Below are positions 10,261 to 18,896 of a DNA stretch of 64,000 nt, in pieces. This stretch comes from Patescibacteria group bacterium. GTDB lineage: Bacteria > Patescibacteriota > Patescibacteriia > UBA9934 > CAMTUG01. The notes below the pieces were generated by a model. That model had not been told where the DNA came from and did no database searches. It was given only the letters and a program-made list of their open reading frames with translations. The position numbers and the translations under genes are program-made. Location: positions 1,663 to 65,662 of the forward strand of contig JBBTQF010000012.1 of the NCBI GenBank assembly GCA_038065815.1, written 5' to 3'. The first letter of the stretch is position 1, and the number at the start of each line of letters is the position of its first letter.

Positions 10261-10330
10261 GGGGTCTATGATTTGGTACTTTCTGAACAACTTTTGTGCT
10301 CAAAAAATCACACATCACAGGCCTGACCCT
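10261..10330 (-). repeat. REPIN-like doublet, inverted and end-damaged copy of 16571-16645
   Basis: Reverse complement AGGGTCAGGCCTGTGATGTGTGATTTTTTGAGCACAAAAGTTGTTCAGAAAGTACCAAATCATAGACCCC aligns with the 16571 copy across arms and spacer. Confidence 0.85.
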
Positions 10331-10364
10331 GTCACTACAATTACCATGTCGGCAATGGTGTCTG

Positions 10365-11201
10365 CTACGAGCGACGCACGGAGCGGGCGACGGCCATGAA
10401 GTCAGCAATTTTTTGCGCGTCATATCGACGGGCGGCGACCACGATATTTGGACCAAGACGTTTGCTCAGGTCGACATCGCCCTCTTTGAAAGCGGTACCG
10501 ACAATTGTCGCGTCAAGGTACGGTGCAAACCGAGTGAAGTTCTCCGCGGTCATGCCGCTTCCCGTGAGCACGGCCGCGTCACCCGCCTCACGCACTGCCT
10601 CCGCACATTGTTCCACTGATGGAGGGTCACCGGTCCACTGCCCCGTGACAATAACACCATCCGCGCCAGACGCAGACGCCTCGCGCACAGACTCAACGAA
10701 TGGTCGCGGCGTGAGCATCGTCGCATGCTTCACCTGTACGTCCGCGAGAATTGCCACGCCCTCCGCGCCAAGCGCCGCGCGGGCGGCGAGCACAGCCGCT
10801 GGGTTGGCATAAAACTTCCCGTAGACCGTCTCGACAGAATCAACAAACACTGGCACGCGCACCATCACGCCGCCAAGCTTTTTGCATGCTTCGAACCCGA
10901 ACGCAAAATCGTTCCAGAGCGGCGTAATGCCCCAGGAGACATGCGTTTCTGGCACCAACACCTCAAGTAACTCCATGAAATGGGCACGCGTCTCTGGACG
11001 CATCTTCTCGTGCTTAGGCTTATCAAAATTGTTTTCAAAAAGAATGGCATCCACGCCGCCTTTCTGAAGGGCGCGTAGGTCCTGTTGCGCGCGCCCAAGG
11101 ACAACCGCCTTATCGCCCTCATAGTCTTCCGTCCCCTCAAGGGGGGAAAAGTGAATCATGCTGATCACCGCTGGCCGTACCTTCAAGGAGAATTTCTTCA
11201 T
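10365..11201 (-). CDS. BtpA/SgcQ family TIM-barrel protein
   Basis: MIHFSPL, GGVDAILFENNFDKP, ILADVQVKHA, ADGVIVTG..TG, IVGTAFK motifs. Confidence 0.85.
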   Translation of the reverse strand: MKKFSLKVRPAVISMIHFSPLEGTEDYEGDKAVVLGRAQQDLRALQKGGVDAILFENNFDKPKHEKMRPETRAHFMELLEVLVPETHVSWGITPLWNDFAFGFEACKKLGGVMVRVPVFVDSVETVYGKFYANPAAVLAARAALGAEGVAILADVQVKHATMLTPRPFVESVREASASGADGVIVTGQWTGDPPSVEQCAEAVREAGDAAVLTGSGMTAENFTRFAPYLDATIVGTAFKEGDVDLSKRLGPNIVVAARRYDAQKIADFMAVARSVRRS

Positions 11202-11221
11202 ATGATGACAGTATAGTATGG

Positions 11222-11248
11222 AAAAGGGCGCTCCGCGAGGGAGCGCCC
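11222..11248 (-). terminator. Terminator after the TrpD-like gene
   Basis: gggcgctcc-gcgag-ggagcgccc hairpin with a U-tract on the minus strand. Confidence 0.7.
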
Positions 11249-11261
11249 GATTGAGTGCGGG

Positions 11262-12707
11262 CTACTGGGCGTTGAAGCGTCCGGAGGCCTTGCAAGTGAG
11301 CTGGACCTGGCTGGCGAGGAAAGCGGACACACGGCCTTCACGGAGCGCCTCGAGACAAATCCATGCGCAGTGCGCGAGTTTCTCGGAGTCCGGACCACGG
11401 CCAGCACGGAAACGCGCCAAATCATCGTCCATCATGCCGTTCGTGAGGTAGAGCGCGAGACCAGCGTTCATGGCGAGGTACTCCACGAGCTGACGGTCGC
11501 GGTCATCACAGCCAAGATGGACAGCAATACGATTGGCCTCCATGATCATGGCTTCTTCGTTGGGCACGAAGACGCTCATGGGGTCGCGGAACATAAGGCC
11601 AAAGCTCGCGGGCGTGAGCACCACGTTGGCGAGAAACTCGTCGCGCGCAGTGAAAGACATGAGCGAGGCAAAGGGCGAGAGCTCATCGAGCACGGCGAGG
11701 TCGCGGATGTGGCGGCTGTTGATCGCCTCATGCGCGTCGATGTGCTGGCTGAGGCCGCATACCACCGCGACGTTGCCGACGTTGTAGACGCCGTCCGCGT
11801 GCAGACGAGCGTAGGCGCGAGCAATTGTCTCCGGGTGCATCTTCTCGTTGACGCCGATCACCTTGTCCAAACGCGTGGCCGGGGACACGGGTGGCGTCAT
11901 GGGGCCGATGACGTGGTTGACGGTCTCACGGCGCGGCAGCAGGTGCGACAGGTCATGGATCGTCTTCCATGCGTGGGCGTCCGTGAAGTGGAAGCCGCTC
12001 ATCGCGAGCTCCTCCTGGACATCCCTCTTGGGGATGTCCACGATCACGCCCAGATTCTCGATCGCCTCCGTGGAGCCGACAGCCGAGGTGTTGCTGTACG
12101 AGCCGTGCTTGGCCGTGCGGTGGCCGAGGCTCGCGACCGTGAGGGCCGAGAGCGTGGAGCAGTTGATGGTCTTGCGGCGCACCGGGTCGCCGTTGACCAT
12201 CATCCCGCGGTCGCCACCCATGCCGCAGGTCTCGAGGACGCGTGGGCCGTAGTCCGGGAAGTGGATGATGTCCATCTGCGCGGCGGTCACCATACCAGCG
12301 ACCTCGTCCGGCGTAAGCTCGGCCCATGCCTCCTTCATGGCGAGGCCGGAGAGCATCTCGCGGGCGGCCATGCAGTCGCCGTCAGGACCCAGCGAGGCAT
12401 CCTTGAGGCAGTGGAACCGACGCTCGAGGTGGCCGTTGCTAGCGCGAAGAATGTAGCAGGTGGCAGCGAAGGCCTCCTGGAAGGTGAGGTGGCCACCGAG
12501 GGACGCCTTCACGAGCTGGCTGTAGCCGAACTCGCTCAGACAGCCAATGAGGCTGAGCTGCTTCGCGTTGGGCTGGCAGGGGTCATAGAGCGCCTCGCGC
12601 ATGGGGATCTTGGCCAGATAGCGCGCGCGGGCAGCCGCGAACTCAGGGCCGTGCATCCCCTGAACGAGATTGATCTTGCTGAGGGGCCTGCTGGCATGGT
12701 CGTTCAT
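11262..12707 (-). CDS. trpD: Anthranilate phosphoribosyltransferase-like protein (divergent, 481 aa)
   Basis: ETCGMGGD (cf. GTGGD), TINCST (cf. TFNIST), AKHGSYSNTSAVGSTE (cf. KHGNRS..S..GSAD), LDELS, MNAGLALY; preceded by a Trp T-box; SD AGGAG. Confidence 0.75.
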   Translation of the reverse strand: MNDHASRPLSKINLVQGMHGPEFAAARARYLAKIPMREALYDPCQPNAKQLSLIGCLSEFGYSQLVKASLGGHLTFQEAFAATCYILRASNGHLERRFHCLKDASLGPDGDCMAAREMLSGLAMKEAWAELTPDEVAGMVTAAQMDIIHFPDYGPRVLETCGMGGDRGMMVNGDPVRRKTINCSTLSALTVASLGHRTAKHGSYSNTSAVGSTEAIENLGVIVDIPKRDVQEELAMSGFHFTDAHAWKTIHDLSHLLPRRETVNHVIGPMTPPVSPATRLDKVIGVNEKMHPETIARAYARLHADGVYNVGNVAVVCGLSQHIDAHEAINSRHIRDLAVLDELSPFASLMSFTARDEFLANVVLTPASFGLMFRDPMSVFVPNEEAMIMEANRIAVHLGCDDRDRQLVEYLAMNAGLALYLTNGMMDDDLARFRAGRGPDSEKLAHCAWICLEALREGRVSAFLASQVQLTCKASGRFNAQ

Positions 12708-12754
12708 GATGTCTCCTGGGGGCGTGAAAAGGAACGGTCGATCTGAGGCTTCCT

Positions 12755-13044
12755 AAACATAAAAGCCCCATCATCGCAAGCCTATGGGAATATAGGCTCA
12801 AGAGGACGGAGCTTCTCCGTGGTGCCACCTCTGATTATCCTCACGCGCGCCAAAACGCGCTTTGAGAAACTTTACGCACTCCGTGGATATGCGTTAGCCC
12901 TTGGTTACGGGGGCGTCCGGTCGGCCACAATAGCAGCCGACGTCTCACCGGGTCCAATTTCACGATCGCACCAGACAGGGCTCACACTATCTCCTGTTCG
13001 CTTTGCTGGCTCACGCTCGCTACTAACTCCCGGATCAATGACGT
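12755..13044 (-). promoter_or_regulatory. Tryptophan T-box riboswitch (transcriptional attenuator)
   Basis: Stem I ACGUC/GACGU with GA motif and CCGGG/CCCGG, AGUA/GAA loop, specifier UGG at 12954-12956; antiterminator AGAGG-UGGCACC-ACGG...CCGUCCUCU (12801-12832); overlapping terminator with U-tract (12755-12812). Confidence 0.9.
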
Positions 13045-13068
13045 TGTCGATGAGAAGGAACTAAATTA

Positions 13069-13097
13069 ACGATAGCAGGTCGAAAAAATCGTGTCAA
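13069..13097 (-). promoter_or_regulatory. sigma70 promoter of the T-box leader
   Basis: TTGACA-17 bp-TATCGT with extended TG, 2 bp downstream of the pfkB-like stop. Confidence 0.75.
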
Positions 13098-13099
13098 AT

Positions 13100-13810
13100 C
13101 TATGCCTTGTTCTCGAGGAATTGGCATGTTTGTTCCAAAGCTACGGCAATAGCGGTTTCTAGACTATCACCAAGAATTATTCTTGCCACTGTGTGCGCAA
13201 AAAATGTGTCGCCTGCTCCAATCGTATCCTTCGTAGAGACAACGCGCGGTGGCTGAAACGACATGTGTCTTCCTTCTGTGTAAGCGTCGACCCCATTAGC
13301 CCCCTTTGTCACCAATAAAATACGCGTTTTTTGATCTTCAACACTTTCAGCTGGAATAAATGAAAGCTCCAGCTCGGTTGCTTTTAAGCACCGCACGTTT
13401 TTTATCCAATCTCCTTCAAATTCCTTCCAGAGTCGTTTCTGACCCGGAATATTTGGTGCACGGACAAAACCTTGAACATCCAGGTACAGCTCGTTGCATG
13501 TTTCAAAAACAGCAACTGGATCCCATTCACGGGACAGTGTTGATATAAGGGCTGATCCGCTTTTGCAGACAGGTACATTTTTATTCTGTGCAACTGGAGT
13601 GACACTACCAATCTCGCCTTGTTCGTTCACTTCGATACATACTTCAACAACTGGACCGACATGACAATGCTCCTCTATGCCCTGCATTTTCATAACGGCA
13701 GAAATAAACGTCGCCGGCCCCCCGATACGTTCGGAGGTTTTCCCCTGTTTATGGTCAATAACAACATCGTGAGCTACTGTTGAATACACGTCAATCGATG
13801 GTTGATTCAT
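13100..13810 (-). CDS. PfkB/ribokinase family carbohydrate kinase
   Basis: IGGPA N-terminal motif, LVTKGANG, DTIGAGDTF signature. Confidence 0.88.
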   Translation of the reverse strand: MNQPSIDVYSTVAHDVVIDHKQGKTSERIGGPATFISAVMKMQGIEEHCHVGPVVEVCIEVNEQGEIGSVTPVAQNKNVPVCKSGSALISTLSREWDPVAVFETCNELYLDVQGFVRAPNIPGQKRLWKEFEGDWIKNVRCLKATELELSFIPAESVEDQKTRILLVTKGANGVDAYTEGRHMSFQPPRVVSTKDTIGAGDTFFAHTVARIILGDSLETAIAVALEQTCQFLENKA

Positions 13811-13852
13811 AGGAAGAAATGAAGAGGGGAGCCGAGGGGCTCCCTTTTAAGT

Positions 13853-14662
13853 TCAGAGTTCTCCGCGAAGGATGCGCTCCAAGATGTCAACGACGCCCGT
13901 GGTGTAGTAACCGACGGAAACATAATCGGCACGTCCCTTGTAGTCTGCGTCAGCATTGCCAACCGCCGCATGCGTGACGCCCTTGCCGCAGTAATCGACC
14001 AGCGCATTGCCGATCATGACGATCCGGGAGTCGGGCACATGTATGCGCACGCAGTCCGTGCCCAGTCGCTTGGACGCCTCGGCCGCATGAATGGCGAGCA
14101 CCCCGTGCTGAAAGTTGGTCAGGACCCTGAGCTGGCTACGTTCGGACTTGGACTTGATCCAGGACTCCGCGCGTTCGAGAAGTGTGGTGTCCGGGATCAG
14201 TTCGCCTTTTTCTCCCGTATACCAGCAAAATCCGAGACAACTTGACCGCCGGCGAGTGTTGACCCCGATGATGCGGCGGCCAGTTTCTCCGAACCGTGCG
14301 ACGAGTCGATTTTCGACAACGTCGCCGAGCCAGATGTCTGCCGATTCCGCATCGGCGAGTCCAACCAGATCGTAGCGCAGGTGGTAAAGAAACTTCCGAA
14401 GCTCTTCACCAACTGCATACACAGGTTCTGCGCCCGGGCTGATAGAAACGACGGTGCCGAGCTCGGCAACGGTCGGTCCATCCATTCCAAGTCGTAGCTG
14501 AATGTCTGTGAGCGACCGCAGAGGAGAGTCCGAGTGGAGACCGATGCGGACCCCTTGCTTGCGTGCCCTCTGCACCACTTCGTTGATGCGCGAATCCGTG
14601 GTCTGCTCGGTGCAGACGTCCACCAGTGTTTCGTCTTTGTCGATGAGAACGAGCGTATTCAA
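13853..14662 (-). CDS. HAD superfamily (Cof/IIB-like) phosphatase
   Basis: LIDKDETL (DxD), HSDS, SKRLG, MIGNALVD, AVGNA; TTG start with SD AGAGGT; own promoter (TTGACA 14710-14715) and downstream hairpin. Confidence 0.75.
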   Translation of the reverse strand: MNTLVLIDKDETLVDVCTEQTTDSRINEVVQRARKQGVRIGLHSDSPLRSLTDIQLRLGMDGPTVAELGTVVSISPGAEPVYAVGEELRKFLYHLRYDLVGLADAESADIWLGDVVENRLVARFGETGRRIIGVNTRRRSSCLGFCWYTGEKGELIPDTTLLERAESWIKSKSERSQLRVLTNFQHGVLAIHAAEASKRLGTDCVRIHVPDSRIVMIGNALVDYCGKGVTHAAVGNADADYKGRADYVSVGYYTTGVVDILERILRGEL

Positions 14663-14718
14663 AGTACCTCTGAATGTGCAAAAGAATCTTAGAACACAAG
14701 AACCGTATTTGTCAAAGA

Positions 14719-15507
14719 CTAGTCCTGCTCCAAAACAGTTTTTCGCACGAGCTCAACTAGGCGCTCATGAAGTACACCATTTGAAGCAATGTGTCCGTGA
14801 ATAGGGCGATCGTAGCGTTGCTCATTTCCATAAACATCCGTCACTCGTCCACCCGCCTCTTCAATGATAATTTTTAACGCGGCACTATCGTGTGGCCTAT
14901 CACCAGGAAAAAGCGTAGCAACAAACTCGCCGCTTGCCACAAGCGCAGCCATGTAGGCAATAGAAGCAACGACCATAATCTTTGCCTGCTCGTTGCGCAA
15001 AAACTCTGTCATTACAGAAAAATTAAATGGTGCGGATTTCCAATAAACGATGCCGAACAACGACTGCTTAAATGTATCGCTCTGAGAAACCTGAATCGTT
15101 TTACCATTCAAAGAAGCACCTTTGCCCTTTTCTGCAACATATATACGATCCATAAACGGATCGTAAATGACACCGAGAACACTTTCACCTTTGTGCGTTA
15201 AGGCAAGTGAAAACGTGCACAACGGAATACCATGAGAAAAAGGTACGGTTCCATCTAGTGGATCACAGACCCATACGAACTCACTCTGCTCACTAAACGC
15301 GTCACCTTCTTCAGCAAGAACACTATGATCTGGAAAAGTGTTCTTTACTGCATCAATAACCATCTGGTTTATCAAAAGGTCTGATTCTGTAAGAGGAGTC
15401 GCATCAGACTTCCACTCTTTCTTCATGCCCAACATAAAGTTGCGCCGAATAACTTCACCGGCGGCGTGGGCGAGATCAACAGCAAATTGTTGATAATCAG
15501 ATGACAT
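14719..15507 (-). CDS. Inositol monophosphatase family protein
   Basis: LAEEG, WVCDPLDGT, HDSAA..IIEEAGG motifs. Confidence 0.9.
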   Translation of the reverse strand: MSSDYQQFAVDLAHAAGEVIRRNFMLGMKKEWKSDATPLTESDLLINQMVIDAVKNTFPDHSVLAEEGDAFSEQSEFVWVCDPLDGTVPFSHGIPLCTFSLALTHKGESVLGVIYDPFMDRIYVAEKGKGASLNGKTIQVSQSDTFKQSLFGIVYWKSAPFNFSVMTEFLRNEQAKIMVVASIAYMAALVASGEFVATLFPGDRPHDSAALKIIIEEAGGRVTDVYGNEQRYDRPIHGHIASNGVLHERLVELVRKTVLEQD

Positions 15508-15544
15508 ATGTATGCAAATGGGCGGATGAGATCCGCCCGAGAAT

Positions 15545-16453
15545 CTAGGTCAAAAGTTTCATGCAACGACGGGCGTAGAACGCAGACCGCGTAGCGAACA
15601 TTCTCCCTTGTTTTGGATAGGGTTCACGACGGAAACGAGCGGAGAGCGCGCACTGGAGAGACCGACCCAGACTGAAGGCTGCCTCAAGATGTGCAGGCGA
15701 GCCTCCAAGTATCTGAGGCAATTGTTCGACCGCGAAGGTATGGAGGAGACGATACCCGCTGTTTGCCCCGGGTAAACGGTAGGCGTCGCGACATACGCCA
15801 GCGAAACAAGCGAGATCGATCGCAGGACATCCGAGGTTATCTCGAATTGGATCGACTTTTTTCACCCCACCATCCGTGAGAAAAAGATCGTCCGGTTTGA
15901 ACTCGAACGTGGAGAAGCAGGAACACATCCCCCCAAACATCTCGAACTCTGCTGCGCGAAAACGAGATACGAGGTTGGGTGGAATAAGATCTGCAAGGTA
16001 CCCTGCCCACTGTTCAACGACGAGGTCGCGCATGGCGCGAATGGCTGGAACAGGCGACTCTGTACTTAGACTCGCGCGATAGATGGGATCCATCGCAAGA
16101 AGTAGACGAGAGAAGCATTCCACAGGACGAGCCGCCGTCCTTGCGACATCTATGAAGTTCACGCCGCAATCCTCCATCAGGAGACACGGAACGCCCCGCA
16201 CTTGATGAAGGTCGAGCGTATTCGGAAGAAGACCACCAGCACCAATGCGGCGAAGGTTGATGTACCCCTCCCAGTTTGCTTCGACTTCTTTCTGAGCGAG
16301 CTCACCGTAGCCAATCTTTACGACCAGCGAACGACCATCCTGACGAACACGGTAGACCGTCTTGCAATTCTCCACGATGACGATCTGGTCACGAAACTCG
16401 AGATGTAGCGCTTCAGCAACAGAACCAAGAAGTACGTGAAGGTCCATGAGCAC
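15545..16453 (-). CDS. Aminoglycoside-phosphotransferase/kinase-like fold protein
   Basis: VYRV...LVVKIG, LLMEDCG, degenerate FEFKPDDLF (cf. HGDxxxxN), VDP, IDLACF; catalytic residues non-canonical. Confidence 0.5.
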   Translation of the reverse strand: MLMDLHVLLGSVAEALHLEFRDQIVIVENCKTVYRVRQDGRSLVVKIGYGELAQKEVEANWEGYINLRRIGAGGLLPNTLDLHQVRGVPCLLMEDCGVNFIDVARTAARPVECFSRLLLAMDPIYRASLSTESPVPAIRAMRDLVVEQWAGYLADLIPPNLVSRFRAAEFEMFGGMCSCFSTFEFKPDDLFLTDGGVKKVDPIRDNLGCPAIDLACFAGVCRDAYRLPGANSGYRLLHTFAVEQLPQILGGSPAHLEAAFSLGRSLQCALSARFRREPYPKQGRMFATRSAFYARRCMKLLT

Positions 16454-16570
16454 TCCGAATGAACTGCATCTATCGTATCATAACTTTTTTTCTCGTCAAT
16501 GCTCGTCGAACCAAAACCATAGACATTTTTCTACACACCCGCTAGAGTACGTACGTTCCCAGAAACAAAT

Positions 16571-16645
16571 GGGGTCAGGTCTGGGATGTGGGATTTATTG
16601 AGTACAAAAGTTATTCAGAAAATACCACATCACAGGCCTGACCCC
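16571..16645 (+). repeat. Intact 75-bp REPIN-like doublet
   Basis: GGGGTCAGGTCTGGGATGTGG-spacer-CCACATCACAGGCCTGACCCC; arms near-identical to the transposase-flanking repeats. Confidence 0.9.
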
Positions 16646-16725
16646 ATCCGCGCCATCCGCGGCGCGGCGCGGTGTACGGTGTAGATCATCTGCGCGTATT
16701 TTGATACCGTACTAGCATAACATCT

Positions 16726-17388
16726 ATGTATCTAATTGTCCTTTACGGCCCGCCGGCTGTTGGAAAATTCACGGTCGCCCAGCGACTGCAAAAGCAGACA
16801 AATTTTGCGGTTCTGCACAATCATGCGATCGCCGATTTGGCGTCTGCCATTTTTCCGTTTGGGTCAAAAGGATACGGGCCGCTAGCGGAACGCCTACGAC
16901 TGGAATGCATCGACGGCGCTATACGCGCCAAGCTCCCCGGTCTGATCATGACCTTTACATTTGGAGTCGAAACCGCTGGCGGCAAACGTGACGCCAGGGT
17001 ATTGAAAACTATTACGAACCGCGTGAAGAATGCCGGAGGCCGCGTTTCGTTTGTCCGACTTACGTGCGATCACGCGGAACTTTTCAAACGAGTGCGGCAC
17101 GCGGATCGAAAACGATTTCAGAAATTGACGAGCTCGTCTCTTTTGAGACGACTATTAAAGACCTATCATCTCGAAGAAGATATCGCGTTCACCGAGAGTC
17201 TTTCGATTGATACGACGCATCTGTCTCCCGCCCAGACGGCACGGCGGATTATGCAGATTGATCTTTCGTGGCAAAGAACAAGACCGGTCGTTCCCCAAGG
17301 GTATGACAAGGCTAAATCTGTAGACGTACGAAACACTATCAAACCAGCCAGCCGTGGAACGTTGTCCGAGGCCGGTCGAATGCAATAA
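16726..17388 (+). CDS. P-loop (AAA_33/shikimate-kinase-like) small-molecule kinase
   Basis: LIVLYGPPAVGKFT Walker A, HNH..DL, FVRLTC...RV...R, IDTTHLSP. Confidence 0.75.
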   Translation: MYLIVLYGPPAVGKFTVAQRLQKQTNFAVLHNHAIADLASAIFPFGSKGYGPLAERLRLECIDGAIRAKLPGLIMTFTFGVETAGGKRDARVLKTITNRVKNAGGRVSFVRLTCDHAELFKRVRHADRKRFQKLTSSSLLRRLLKTYHLEEDIAFTESLSIDTTHLSPAQTARRIMQIDLSWQRTRPVVPQGYDKAKSVDVRNTIKPASRGTLSEAGRMQ

Positions 17389-17391
17389 TAA

Positions 17392-17405
17392 AGACCTGAC
17401 CCCAT
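17392..17405. repeat. Single REP-like arm
   Basis: AGACCTGACCCCAT between convergent stop codons. Confidence 0.75.
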
Positions 17406-17421
17406 TTGTACAAAACTGCTT

Positions 17422-17691
17422 CTAGGAACGATAGACATCATGATCACCTACCGTCAACAAGACAGCCTGATCTTTGTTTAGGTACATAAATACAATCCGC
17501 GTCGCGTAGTTCACGGAAAAACTGTATCTCCCCTGCAATCTCCCTTCCAACTTGTGCACGCGTAATCGTTCATGAGTAGCCGGATTTTGAAAATCGGTGA
17601 TTGCCCGCTTTACTTCTTCCTGAAGAAGCGGCGTAAATTTTTTATACGCGCGAACAAACCTTGCCGCGTAAGAAACCTCCAACATAGCCAA
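17422..17691 (-). CDS. RelE/ParE (YafQ-like) mRNA interferase toxin
   Basis: F.RAYKK...LRVHKLEGRL...SFSVNY..RIVF...VGDHDVY. Confidence 0.85.
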   Translation of the reverse strand: MAMLEVSYAARFVRAYKKFTPLLQEEVKRAITDFQNPATHERLRVHKLEGRLQGRYSFSVNYATRIVFMYLNKDQAVLLTVGDHDVYRS

Positions 17692-17910
17692 CTATAAACT
17701 AGCCGCTAGGGCATCTAGGTCTCCGCGCAAAATCTTCCCTTCTTTTACCTCTTGCTCAGCGGCCAATACCTCAAACACGGCCTGATCTTCTATGTATTGC
17801 ACAATAGCCTTGCGAACGAATCCCGCTTTGGAATCAGCAATACCGCTTTTGACCATTTGATCAATGCTTAATTCAATTGCGGGGGTTAATGGGACAGACA
17901 ATGTAGACAT
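17692..17910 (-). CDS. Ribbon-helix-helix antitoxin
   Basis: MSTLSVPL...SKAGFVRKAI RHH pattern directly upstream of the toxin. Confidence 0.75.
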   Translation of the reverse strand: MSTLSVPLTPAIELSIDQMVKSGIADSKAGFVRKAIVQYIEDQAVFEVLAAEQEVKEGKILRGDLDALAASL

Positions 17911-18091
17911 AATCAGATGAATATATTTCAATATTAAATTATCATACATCTTTTGACCTGTCAACTTCAGGTGTCGACACAAGATAACTTTCTTAAAATG
18001 ACATTTTGGCTAAAGTTAGCCACTTCTTTAGACAAATCCATTGACAAAAGGCCTTTTTGTGCTATATTATGTCTCCACCTAGAGGTCAATC

Positions 18092-18367
18092 ATGTCTTAC
18101 ATCCGCCAGAACGTGTCCGGTCTCGTCTACTGCGCCCTTCAGCTCTGGATCAACGTCGTCGGCCTCGGCCAACAGACGTTCAACCTCTTCCAGACGGGCG
18201 ATGTCGGATCGATGTCCCTCAGCTTCTTCCTCCCCTGTAGCATCGCCATCCTGACCCTCAGGATCCGGACCACGCGGGAGAAGCCAGACCTCCTGACGTT
18301 CCTCCCGTCCCTGCCGGCCCTTCTGCTCTACCCCATCCTGGTGCGCCTCATCTTCTACTACAACTAG
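18092..18367 (+). CDS. Small 3-TM membrane protein (possibly PQ-loop/SemiSWEET-like)
   Basis: 91 aa, hydrophobic, high GC3; TTGACA-16-TATATT promoter (18041-18068), SD GAGGT, hairpin 18390-18416. Family assignment is weak. Confidence 0.55.
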   Translation: MSYIRQNVSGLVYCALQLWINVVGLGQQTFNLFQTGDVGSMSLSFFLPCSIAILTLRIRTTREKPDLLTFLPSLPALLLYPILVRLIFYYN

Positions 18368-18425
18368 CCCAGCTTCCGCCCGCTCTCGCAACCGCATCTC
18401 GTCTGAGATGCGGTTCGTGCGTTAA

Positions 18426-18874
18426 AAAGAGCTCGCGGCCGGAATCGCGGGTGGCGTGAAGAGCACAACTTGCGGGATTGGCACCAATAGGGCTGTCTAC
18501 GTAAAAGCAGACGGTTCGCTCTACCCCTGCGCAGATACCGCGGTGCCTCAATTCCGCCTCGGTAACCTGCGCACTGACTCCCTTCGCGAAATTTGGGAAC
18601 ATTCACCTGCCCTGCATGAGCTTCGGTCCCTCAACATCGACACCCTGAACCCACAATGCGCCGCCTGCGATGTCCGCTACCTCTGCGCTGGAAATTGCCG
18701 CGGAGAAAACTACCAGACGACCAAAGACCTGCGAAGCCCACACTTCAAGTGTGCCGAGATCCGCGATTCCATCCTGGAGCTGATGTGGATACTCACGGAA
18801 GCGCCCGACCTCTTCAAGTGCAAATCGAATCTCTGCACGAGACGGTTGCGGGCCCCTACGCCACCTCTGCATGA
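18426..18874 (+). pseudogene. C-terminal SPASM domain fragment of a radical SAM enzyme
   Basis: TTCGIG..YVKADGSLYPC..CAACDVRYLCAGNCR..KC; no CxxxCxxC core upstream (TAA at 18423); probable frameshift near 18820. Confidence 0.75.
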
Positions 18875-18896
18875 CGTGCGACGCACAAATAGACGC

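Noticed and set aside
11370-12746. 458-aa plus-strand ORF
   Set aside because: Antisense shadow of the high-GC3 TrpD-like gene; no motifs, and the regulatory signals are on the minus strand.
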